Shown piece by piece: positions 32,238-40,990 of a stretch of DNA of 64,000 nt; position 1 is the stretch's first letter; every line of letters starts with the position of its first letter. The notes under the pieces were generated by a model. That model did not search any database. It worked only from the letters and a program-made list of their open reading frames with translations, and had not been told where the DNA came from. Location of the stretch: the IMG/VR virus record IMGVR_UViG_3300009709_000020, positions 38,787 to 102,786 of that record; one strand, given 5' to 3'. Source of the stretch: a virus. The translations under genes were made by a program, and so were the position numbers.

Positions 32238-32627
32238 ATGCGCGCATACGAATTTATTTCTGAATCTATTAGTGATATTCCATCAGATGGGCACAAATTC
32301 TCTTCAGGTCAGATGGATGCAATAAGAAATGCTGTATCGACACCTGAATTAAGTATGAATAATTCATCAGGGAGTCAATATTTACAATGGCGTTTTGGTA
32401 TAGCAATGGCAGGCGCCCCAGATTATCCTACTCCTCCTGTTGGACCAATGGCAGGTGATCCACTATTGTGCGCCTATTCAGATGTCGAATTGGAAATTAT
32501 CAATAAGGCATCAAAAGCAGTTGGAGCAAATCATGTTAAAAAATTGTCAGATAACAGAAGTTCTGAATTATCAAACACGAATAAAACTTCCCCAATAAAA
32601 CCTTTTAAAGGTTATCCAAAAAAATAA
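32238..32627 (+). CDS. Hypothetical protein, probable head-packaged
   Basis: MRAYEFISE leader; late operon. Confidence 0.6.
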   Translation: MRAYEFISESISDIPSDGHKFSSGQMDAIRNAVSTPELSMNNSSGSQYLQWRFGIAMAGAPDYPTPPVGPMAGDPLLCAYSDVELEIINKASKAVGANHVKKLSDNRSSELSNTNKTSPIKPFKGYPKK

Positions 32628-32679
32628 CCAAAATTGAAAAAAAATATTTGTTGCCTGTTTTTAGGTTGTAAATATTTTA

Positions 32680-33375
32680 ATGATTGACATTAACAAACTT
32701 TTCGACTCTTTAAAAATTCGTATGTATTATGAATACCTAATTAACCGGCATTCTTATGCGGAAACTGAAAGTCCGTACCACAAAGATATTACTGCACAGG
32801 TAGTAGAAACATATATTGATCCGCTATCATTGCCCAAAGATGCCGTGATTATTGATGTGGGCCCGGGCCCGGGGTATTTCTTTGATGAAATGGTAGAAAA
32901 ACGCAAATATACAAACGTGCTTGGTATCACAATCAATGAAGAAGAAATAGAAGAAGCCAAGAAAAAAGGTTATGAATATCGTCAATATGATATGTCATTC
33001 CTTCCTCAAAAAGATGGATTCACTGATGAGTCAGTGGATTTTATTTTTGCTAGACATGTATTAGAGCATTCTCCTTTTCCCATGATTACATTATTTGAAT
33101 ATAATAGGCTATTGAAACAGGGATCAAAGATGTATCTTGAATTTCCTGCGCCCGATTGTGAACGAATGCATGAATACAATTTAAATCACTATAGTATTCT
33201 TGGCCACAATCAATGGGCGGCATTATTAAATAGAGCAGGATTTGAAATTGATTTTTTTAATATTCTTGATTTTGATATTAAGGATACAACAAAAACAGAT
33301 GAAGAAGGAAATATAAGTAAAGAAAAATTCTATACTGTCATGGTTACAAAAACAAGACCATTAGACATTCATTGA
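32680..33375 (+). CDS. Class I SAM-dependent methyltransferase
   Basis: IIDVGPGPG motif I; DFIFARHVLEH; RLLKQG. Confidence 0.85.
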   Translation: MIDINKLFDSLKIRMYYEYLINRHSYAETESPYHKDITAQVVETYIDPLSLPKDAVIIDVGPGPGYFFDEMVEKRKYTNVLGITINEEEIEEAKKKGYEYRQYDMSFLPQKDGFTDESVDFIFARHVLEHSPFPMITLFEYNRLLKQGSKMYLEFPAPDCERMHEYNLNHYSILGHNQWAALLNRAGFEIDFFNILDFDIKDTTKTDEEGNISKEKFYTVMVTKTRPLDIH

Positions 33376-33379
33376 TTTT

Positions 33380-33406
33380 AAAGGGGGATTTTCCCCCTTT
33401 ATTTTT
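33380..33406 (+). terminator. Rho-independent terminator
   Basis: AAAGGGGGA-ttt-TCCCCCTTT then ATTTTT. Confidence 0.65.
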
Positions 33407-33446
33407 GGATAGTCTTCTGATAAATAATCAAAAGGAAATAAAAGCC

Positions 33447-33728
33447 ATGGCCGCATGGGGCAACTCATACATTTATACCGCAACCACAGGTAGTCAATTA
33501 TCAGCACAAATGCAAACAAATAAAGTTTGCATTGCAACTTCCACTGCTATTTTAGTTAACGTAGGAAATGCTAGTGTCACTGCAAATGCAGCTTCTGGAA
33601 CAGGAATAATTATTCCGGGAAATTCAGAAGAAAGAAGTTTTTATGTCGGAATAGGAAACTATGTTGCATATACAGATGTTTCGGGAACTACTCCGCAAAA
33701 ATTTTCCATTACTGAGGTAGGAATCTAA
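33447..33728 (+). CDS. Small beta-rich virion-type protein, paralog A
   Basis: Start at 33447 after ATAAATA and AAGGA SD; shares WGNSY.YTA, QTNK and RSFYVG.GNYV with the next gene. Confidence 0.65.
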   Translation: MAAWGNSYIYTATTGSQLSAQMQTNKVCIATSTAILVNVGNASVTANAASGTGIIIPGNSEERSFYVGIGNYVAYTDVSGTTPQKFSITEVGI

Positions 33729-34087
33729 TGGTCTGGGGAAATTCATACGTTTATACAGCCAACACATCGGTTGCCACCTCAGTTGCTATTCAAACAAACA
33801 AGTTGAGAATATCATCTACTGTTCCTATCCTTGTCATAACAGGAGGGATGGAAGAAGCAACAAATATTAATACAAATGGAAGATTAATTCCTGCAGGAAA
33901 AACTAATAGAAGTTTTTATGTGGGACAAGGTAATTATGTATCATTTGTAGCACTTAGTGGCACCGGATATGTAAGTTTTACTGAACTGGGCGGCCCTGAT
34001 TTAAGTATGCCATTTAACGAACATTTATTTTCTTCTTTAACATTTAATAATCCTGGCAATAGTGGATATGTTGCACTTATACTTTAA
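33728..34087 (+). CDS. Small beta-rich virion-type protein, paralog B
   Basis: TAATG coupling; tandem paralog of the previous gene. Confidence 0.65.
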   Translation: MVWGNSYVYTANTSVATSVAIQTNKLRISSTVPILVITGGMEEATNINTNGRLIPAGKTNRSFYVGQGNYVSFVALSGTGYVSFTELGGPDLSMPFNEHLFSSLTFNNPGNSGYVALIL

Positions 34088-34097
34088 GGAATAATTA

Positions 34098-34400
34098 ATG
34101 CGAATTAGTGATATTTTGAGAAATTATGCAGATATGTTAGACGCTACAGAGTACCGAGAAGAACAGGGAATTGATGTGTCAGTTGATACAACTGTTAAAA
34201 ATGTATGTGAACCAGACGACTTGTATGTTCCTCCACTACAACAAAAATTGGAACCATTGAAAAAGGCAGTCGGAGTTGAAAATATGTATGATGATGGCAA
34301 TGATGAATGCTATGATTCAACATCAATCGATGATTTAAAAAAGAATGCAGGCATTGTAATTACTGACGAAATGAGTTCTGACGGCTCAATAGAAAGTTAA
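34098..34400 (+). CDS. Acidic hypothetical protein
   Basis: AAGGA SD; MRISDIL leader; VPPLQQKLE.LKK motif. Confidence 0.65.
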   Translation: MRISDILRNYADMLDATEYREEQGIDVSVDTTVKNVCEPDDLYVPPLQQKLEPLKKAVGVENMYDDGNDECYDSTSIDDLKKNAGIVITDEMSSDGSIES

Positions 34401-34403
34401 TAT

Positions 34404-34643
34404 ATGTCGCCGTCATTTATTCAAAAATTTAATACAACTAGAATTAATCATGATGGATCAAATGGAGATATTTCCACTTGGTTTACGGGTGATGAAGATA
34501 GGTTGTGGTATGATCATGATACAAATACTATTAGAGTTGGAACAGGACTAGCATTGACTAGATTACTGTTCGTATCTGCAAATAGCACAGCACCCACAGG
34601 AACAGTTATTACCGGATCAGTGGATTATATATCGGCGACATAA
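34404..34643 (+). CDS. Small hypothetical protein
   Basis: 79-aa ORF tightly packed before terL. Confidence 0.55.
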   Translation: MSPSFIQKFNTTRINHDGSNGDISTWFTGDEDRLWYDHDTNTIRVGTGLALTRLLFVSANSTAPTGTVITGSVDYISAT

Positions 34644-34644
34644 T

Positions 34645-36195
34645 ATGGCAGGACAATTACCAGATTTTATTAAAAAACCACATGTTTTTACAGAGTTTAA
34701 AAACAGATTAGAATTAGATGATTTTATGAAATGTGCAGACCAAAAGACAGGTTATAAACATTTTATGAATAATTTTTTCATGATTCAACATTCCACCAAA
34801 GGTTCAATTCAATTTGTTCCTAGAGAATATCAAGTTGATTACATGGATATTTGTCACAACTATAATCGTGTGATCAGCCTCCAGAGTCGTCAGATGGGCA
34901 AATCTACGGTAGCAGCTGGATATTTACTATGGTACGCAATGTTTGTTCCTGATTCTACTATTCTTGTTGCTGCTCACGTATTTAAAGGTGCTGGCGAAAT
35001 TATGCAGAGAGTAAGATTTGCATATGAAAACTGTCCGATGCATATCAAAGCAGGTGTAACCGCATATAACAAAGGTTCAATTGAATTTGATAATGGGTCA
35101 AGAATTGTATCATCTGCTACAACAGAAACGACTGGACGTGGTATGTCTATTTCATTGCTATACGCAGACGAATTTGCATTCGTGCGAAAATCAATTTCAT
35201 CCGCATTCCTATCATCAATTGCTCCTACTCTAGCGACTGGCGGCCGAGCAATTTTTACTTCTACCCCAAATTCAGATGAAGATGATTTTGCAAGATTGTG
35301 GAAGGATGCCAATAAAACCCTAGACGAATTCGGCAATACAACTGATATCGGTGTTAATGGTTATAAGGCATACAAAGCACTGTGGTTTAAAAATCCGGAA
35401 TATGATAAAACCTGGGAAGCTAAAATGTTTGCTGAATTGGGTGAAGAAAAATTCAACCGAGAAATTAAATGCGAATTTATTTCAGTGGAAGAAACGCTAA
35501 TCAACGCAAATTATTTGAAAGATTTAAAAGGAATTGAACCAGAAACAAAGCATGGACAAGTTCGTTGGTATAGGCAACCTGTAAAAGGAGGAGTATATAC
35601 CATATCATTAGATCCTGCTGTGGGAACCGGCGGAGACAACGCAGCTATTCAAATATTTGAAGCAAATACCACTACCCAAATAGGCGAATGGAGTCATAAT
35701 AAAACGACTATCCCTGATCAGGTAAAACTCATCCAGCAAATTGCACAGTATATTGCGGATATTACAAATGAACCAAACAATATTTATTATTCAGTGGAGA
35801 ACAATGGCGTGGGTGAAGCTGCATTAGTTTCATTAAATGAATTGGGTGAACATAGCATCAAGGGCATTTTTATGAGTGAAACAGGCAGAAAAAGAAAAGG
35901 ATTTACAACTGTAAACAAATCAAAAATTCAAGCCTGTACTAAATTTAAATCATTGGTTGAAAAAAATAAACTGACTATTAATAGTATTCCATTAGTAAGT
36001 GAATTGAAGAATTTCGTTGCGTCTGGAAGTGGTTATGCCGCGAAAACAGGTGAAAAAGATGATCTTGTCATGTCAACTTTATTAGCCGTGAGAATGTTTC
36101 AACAACTTGCTGATTTTGATGTTACTTTAGAAAGACAAATCAGAGATCACGCTGAAATTATCCAACCTTATCCATTTTTTGCTGTGTTTGGTTAG
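34645..36195 (+). CDS. terL: Terminase large subunit (T4 gp17-like)
   Basis: SRQMGKST Walker A, LLYADEFAF Walker B, TSTP, nuclease DPAVG.GGD, VENN, DDLVM. Confidence 0.93.
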   Translation: MAGQLPDFIKKPHVFTEFKNRLELDDFMKCADQKTGYKHFMNNFFMIQHSTKGSIQFVPREYQVDYMDICHNYNRVISLQSRQMGKSTVAAGYLLWYAMFVPDSTILVAAHVFKGAGEIMQRVRFAYENCPMHIKAGVTAYNKGSIEFDNGSRIVSSATTETTGRGMSISLLYADEFAFVRKSISSAFLSSIAPTLATGGRAIFTSTPNSDEDDFARLWKDANKTLDEFGNTTDIGVNGYKAYKALWFKNPEYDKTWEAKMFAELGEEKFNREIKCEFISVEETLINANYLKDLKGIEPETKHGQVRWYRQPVKGGVYTISLDPAVGTGGDNAAIQIFEANTTTQIGEWSHNKTTIPDQVKLIQQIAQYIADITNEPNNIYYSVENNGVGEAALVSLNELGEHSIKGIFMSETGRKRKGFTTVNKSKIQACTKFKSLVEKNKLTINSIPLVSELKNFVASGSGYAAKTGEKDDLVMSTLLAVRMFQQLADFDVTLERQIRDHAEIIQPYPFFAVFG

Positions 36196-36503
36196 CCGAA
36201 TTTAAGACGGTATTCTATATCCAATTTATCATTCGTAATAATGAGTGAAGTTTTCCATGGCCCATCCCGGTTTTCTGCTTTACTAATTTCTACGTGTTCT
36301 AAGTTTTTGACACACCAATTCCATTCGTCTATGTTATTGAAATAATGACCATCCAAAAAATATTGATATGTTGCATTGGTTGAATTTCCCCAAAACATCG
36401 CCGGCCCATCTTCTCGATGTATTAGTCCGGATTCTTTCATGTAGGTCCAATTATTATATTTTCCATTGATTTTAAGCAGTTCTTCGGTAGAAATAGATTT
36501 CAT
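36192..36503 (-). CDS. HRxDGPA-repeat small protein
   Basis: IHREDGPAM; ends EYRLKFG like the 50806 and 51105 ORFs. Confidence 0.65.
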   Translation of the reverse strand: MKSISTEELLKINGKYNNWTYMKESGLIHREDGPAMFWGNSTNATYQYFLDGHYFNNIDEWNWCVKNLEHVEISKAENRDGPWKTSLIITNDKLDIEYRLKFG

Positions 36504-36553
36504 AATTATCCAATAATGTAATTTGCTTGAATTTATAGCAGTTAAATATCTTC

Positions 36554-36994
36554 ATGTCAAACGCATTCTTGGAAGATTATTATACTCGCCTGCACCTTTG
36601 GTCAACATTAAAAGAAAATTTAAAAGGTAAATCAACTGAAGAAATATGTATAGAAGTGGACAAATTTTGGCAACAAGCACCGTTGCTGAATCATTATTTG
36701 CATCCTGCTGATGTTCAAGAGTGGCCTAATCCATGGCAATTGTTATCAGATAATGATTATTGTGAATATGCCCGCGGATTAGGAATGGTATATACTTTGT
36801 TGTTGTTGGACATTAATAACATTGACTTTGTTCAAGTTTTAGACGAAAATAACGAAGATAAAGTAATAGTTGTAGTTGATCAATATGTCATGAATTGGCA
36901 TCCGAATTCAGTAATTTCTGCCAAAAAAGAAACATTTAAAATAGGTAGTTTTCTGGATATAACAGAACTAGAAAAGAAAATAGGAAAAGAATGA
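36554..36994 (+). CDS. Hypothetical late protein
   Basis: 146 aa; TTAAATA-5nt-ATG; WPNPWQLL..NDYC. Confidence 0.7.
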   Translation: MSNAFLEDYYTRLHLWSTLKENLKGKSTEEICIEVDKFWQQAPLLNHYLHPADVQEWPNPWQLLSDNDYCEYARGLGMVYTLLLLDINNIDFVQVLDENNEDKVIVVVDQYVMNWHPNSVISAKKETFKIGSFLDITELEKKIGKE

Positions 36995-38586
36995 TTAAAA
37001 CGATTTTGAAAAGAGATGGAACCAAAGAGCCTTTTAGTTCCGAAAAGTTAAATGGTTGGGGTGAATGGGCAGCAGCAAAACTAGGCAGAGAAGTAAATTG
37101 GCCGGAAGCAGTATTGCATGTAGTGAGTACCATGCCAGAAGAATGTACTTCAGAGAATCTCCAAAATGCGCTAATTGATTTCTGTTTGGCAAAAAGTTCC
37201 TGGTCATATAATCGTATGGCAGGTAGATTATATGCAGCACTTATTAACAAGAAACTATACAATGGTGTAAAACCAACTGTAAAGAAATTGCACGAAACTC
37301 TTTTCAACAACGGAATGATGGTAAAGCTGAATTATTCTGATGCGGAATATGATCAGGTAGAAAAAATTATCAATCATAAGCTTGATTTAAATGCAACTCA
37401 TTACGAATTGCATCAGATTAGATTTAAGTATGCCTTACGCAATAAAAAAACGTCAGAAGAATTCGAAACTCAACAATTTGTATATATGCGCATGGCAATG
37501 GCACTCGCCGAAAATGAACCCACTGCTGAAAGGATGACGCATCTTAAAAAATGGTATGATCATCTATCACACAAGAGAATTAATCCTCCCACTCCCAATT
37601 TCACAAACCTGGGAACCAAGCATAATGGATATGCATCTTGTTGCTTATACACAACAAATGACACTGCTCCTAGTTTAGCTGCAGGCGATCATATTGCATA
37701 CATGATGACAGTTATGAGCGCAGGCATTGGCTCACATATCAAAACCAGAAGCTTGGGTGATGAAATTCGTTCTGGACTTATTCAACATCAAGGCAAACTT
37801 CCCTATTATCGATCTATGGTCGGTGCGATTGGTGCAAATCTTCAAAATGGTCGTGGTGGCGCCTCTACAGTTTATTATACCGCATACGATCCCGAAATTG
37901 ATGTAATTGCAAAACTAAAAAATCCAATGACTCCTTTAGCAAAACAAATTCGAGGGTGTGACTACAATTTTGGCAGTAACAAGTTTTTTGCTAGAAAAGC
38001 TGCAAAGAATGAAGAAATTGGATTGTTTAGTTTTCTGGATGCGCCTGAAGTGTATGAAGCACAATATTCAAAAGATGATAAAGAATTTGAACGTCTTTAC
38101 AATATTGCAGTGCAAGAAGGTCGAATTAACAAGTTTGTAAATGCAAGAGAAATTCTATTATCTGCTCTCAATGAAGGATATGAAACAGGTCGTCATTATC
38201 TACATTTCTCTGACACTATTAATAAGCATACACCTTTCAAAGACAAGATTTATTCTTCCAACCTCTGCTTATCAGGTGATACTGAAGTCGAAATTAAAAC
38301 GGAAAATAACCAAATCGAGCGTATAACTATGGAGGAATTAGATCAACGAATTGCACAACATCAAAATATACAGGTAAAATCTTATAATATTGATGCTGGA
38401 AATGTGGAATTTAAAAATGTCACCGCATCTGCAAAAACTGGAACAAATAGAAAAGTGATGAAAATCACAGATTCAAAGACAGGCAAATCCATTGTGTGTA
38501 CGCCAGAACACATGGTTTATACATCCAATAGAGGATATGTAGAAGCAAAAAATCTAGTAGAAACTGATATTTTAGTTATTAATTGA
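36991..38586 (+). CDS. nrdA: Class Ia ribonucleotide reductase alpha, N-terminal half fused to split-intein N-fragment (38266-38583)
   Basis: ATP-cone-like ILKRDG, PPTP, ASCC, ...SSNL then intein block A CLSGDT and block B CTPEH; stop after 106 intein residues. Confidence 0.92.
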   Translation: MIKTILKRDGTKEPFSSEKLNGWGEWAAAKLGREVNWPEAVLHVVSTMPEECTSENLQNALIDFCLAKSSWSYNRMAGRLYAALINKKLYNGVKPTVKKLHETLFNNGMMVKLNYSDAEYDQVEKIINHKLDLNATHYELHQIRFKYALRNKKTSEEFETQQFVYMRMAMALAENEPTAERMTHLKKWYDHLSHKRINPPTPNFTNLGTKHNGYASCCLYTTNDTAPSLAAGDHIAYMMTVMSAGIGSHIKTRSLGDEIRSGLIQHQGKLPYYRSMVGAIGANLQNGRGGASTVYYTAYDPEIDVIAKLKNPMTPLAKQIRGCDYNFGSNKFFARKAAKNEEIGLFSFLDAPEVYEAQYSKDDKEFERLYNIAVQEGRINKFVNAREILLSALNEGYETGRHYLHFSDTINKHTPFKDKIYSSNLCLSGDTEVEIKTENNQIERITMEELDQRIAQHQNIQVKSYNIDAGNVEFKNVTASAKTGTNRKVMKITDSKTGKSIVCTPEHMVYTSNRGYVEAKNLVETDILVIN

Positions 38587-38594
38587 ATTTCGTC

Positions 38595-38645
38595 GCAATA
38601 AATTTCTGTATTGAAGATAAATAAATCTATACAGAAATTTATTGC
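38595..38645 (+). promoter_or_regulatory. 17-bp hairpin masking the HNH translation-initiation region, with a late promoter in its loop
   Basis: GCAATAAATTTCTGTAT (38595-611)/ATACAGAAATTTATTGC (38629-645); ATAAATA at 38617-23; ATG at 38647. Confidence 0.75.
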
Positions 38646-38646
38646 A

Positions 38647-39714
38647 ATGAATTATAAAAAAATATACTATCAACTATGTGAATATGCTACTATATGTTCT
38701 CCTAGAGAACGGTTAATGAAAAGAAATAAGATGGATGTAAGATTGCAATCAAATGTGATATATACTGAGCGTCACCATGTAATACCAAGGCATAGTGGGG
38801 GTTCTGATAACCCCCACAATTTAGTTGAATTATTACCAGAAGAACATTTATTGGCACATTTATTGCGTTATAAAGCATATAACAGTAATAATGATTTCAT
38901 TGCAGCTAGATTCATTATTAATGGATATATGAATAAAGCAAATATATTGGATGTTGATATATCGGTTTTCACAAATAAATCACTATTAAAATGTATTGGA
39001 TTATACAAGAATATGATTGTTGAATATAGAAAAATACATGGATGGCAAACAGATGATGGTAGAAAAAGAATTTCTGATGCACGAAAAGGAAAATTTCCAT
39101 GTGTCGATGCAAAAACAGGAGAAAGTGTTGGCAGCCATGATAGAAATCATCCCAACATATTATCTGGAATGTGGGTGCACCATTCTAAAGGAAAAGCTTC
39201 AGTAATCGATATTCATACTGGTGAAAAATTATATTTACCCGTTTCACAAATATCCCAAAATAAAACGCAGTATATATACAGCGCAAAAACAGATCAAGCT
39301 GGAACAAAAAATAACAATTTTAAACCATTAACCACTGACATGAAAAAACGAGTATTTAATTGTGTATCACATTCAATAATGGATGAACGCTATTTCTCAG
39401 TCAATCAATTCAGTGAATTAATCAAAAAAGAGTTCACTGAATTTAAAAAAATATCAGTTGCATGGATAAAAAATAGATTTGGAAGTTTCGATGCCATGTT
39501 GAACGAATATAATAGCCAGAACAACACTGATATACAATACATCCCATATTATAGATCAACGGCACAACGAGAAAAGTTGAAGAACATCTCATCACAGCAA
39601 TGTTGGATAACAGATGGAACAGAATTACGTAGAATTCTCAAAAGTGATTTAGAAAATCAACTTAAATTAAATCCCGCCTTTAGGCGTGGTAAAACTATAA
39701 AGAAAGAAATTTAA
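38647..39714 (+). mobile_element. HNH homing endonuclease (MobE-like) between the nrdA halves
   Basis: ERHHVIPRHSGGSDNPHNLVEL..EEH..AH; stop overlaps the ATG of nrdA-C. Confidence 0.85.
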
Positions 39715-40811
39715 TGATAACAATTGAATATTTAGACGATTGTATAGATGTATATGATATCACCGTAGCTGACAATCATAATTTTTTTGCCAATGATATT
39801 TTGGTTCATAATTGCGCAGAAGTTACAATTCCTACTGCAGGTTTTAGGTCAGTTGAGGAACTATATAAACCATATGAAGAAGGTTCGGGTGAAATAGGGC
39901 TGTGTTCTCTTGCTGGTATCATTGTGGCAAACATTGAAAATGATGAACAATATGCAGAAGCCGCATATTATGCATTGAAAATGATTGATGTGTGCATTCA
40001 TAAAAGTAGCTATGTATTCAAGAGCCTAGAAGAAACTGCGAAAGCGCGAATGAGTGCTGGTGTAGGTGTATTGGGACTTGCACATTTAATGGCAAAAAAG
40101 AATGTAAAATTCTCCAGTCAATCCGGCAGAGATTTCATTCATGAAACATTTGAAACCCATTATTGGCATCTGGTTAACGCTTCGCTGAAGCTCGGCAAAG
40201 AATTAGGAAATGCTCCTTGGATGCACAAAACACTTTGGCCCGAAGGATGGTTACCGATTGATACGTATGAAACAAAAATCAATGAATTGGTAACTACACC
40301 GAACAAAAGAGATTGGGAAACTCTCCGACAACAAATTATTAATAATGGGGGAATCAGAAATTCTGTCTTAGCAGCACATATGCCAGGAGAGAGTTCAACT
40401 ATTGCCGCAGGAACAACAAATGGCGTTTATCCTATTCGAGATTTCGACCTAGTAAAAACGAATGACACTATGGTAATTAATTATGCTGTTCCTGAATCGG
40501 AGAAATTAAAAAACAAATATGAAGTAGTTTGGGACATTGATTCGCAGGATTTAATTAAATGTTATGCTATAATGCAAAAATGGACCGATCAAGCTATTAG
40601 TTTAGACTTGTATCGTAAGGTCCAAGGCGCAGAAAAAGTAGGTACGAAAGAAATGATTGATATTTATTTGAGTCTTGTAAAATATGGTTGCAAGACACGT
40701 TATTATATCAACAGTTTGACTGCCAAGGGAGTTGTTAATGAGCAACCTGAAGCAATTGAAGAAGATATTCTACTTGAGGTAGATGCATACTGTGAGAGTT
40801 GCGCACTTTAA
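39714..40811 (+). CDS. nrdA: Split-intein C-fragment (39714-39812) fused to the RNR alpha C-terminal half
   Basis: VYDITV..NHNFFAN.ILVHN/C (intein blocks F, G), then CAEV, CSLA, DQAIS, KTRYY and C-terminal CESC. Confidence 0.92.
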   Translation: MITIEYLDDCIDVYDITVADNHNFFANDILVHNCAEVTIPTAGFRSVEELYKPYEEGSGEIGLCSLAGIIVANIENDEQYAEAAYYALKMIDVCIHKSSYVFKSLEETAKARMSAGVGVLGLAHLMAKKNVKFSSQSGRDFIHETFETHYWHLVNASLKLGKELGNAPWMHKTLWPEGWLPIDTYETKINELVTTPNKRDWETLRQQIINNGGIRNSVLAAHMPGESSTIAAGTTNGVYPIRDFDLVKTNDTMVINYAVPESEKLKNKYEVVWDIDSQDLIKCYAIMQKWTDQAISLDLYRKVQGAEKVGTKEMIDIYLSLVKYGCKTRYYINSLTAKGVVNEQPEAIEEDILLEVDAYCESCAL

Positions 40812-40821
40812 GGAAATACAT

Positions 40822-40983
40822 ATGAAAGAAAAAATTTTCAATACAGGAAAATCGGATTATAATAATACCGAGCTATTGCTCGGTAGTGATCCCGGTTTAT
40901 TCGATACAATACACAAAAAATATCCTAAAATTTGGTCTTTATATAAAGAAATGAAGTCATTGGATTGGTTCGAAAATAGATAA
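40822..40983 (+). pseudogene. Truncated duplicate of the nrdB 5' end (53 codons)
   Basis: 40822-40968 matches 42704-42850 except two synonymous changes; ends FENR*. Confidence 0.8.
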
Positions 40984-40990
40984 ATAGGAT

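Noticed and set aside
38587-39713. Self-splicing intron interrupting nrdA
   Set aside because: No space for intron RNA (60 nt upstream, overlapping stop/start downstream); intein blocks on both halves explain the split
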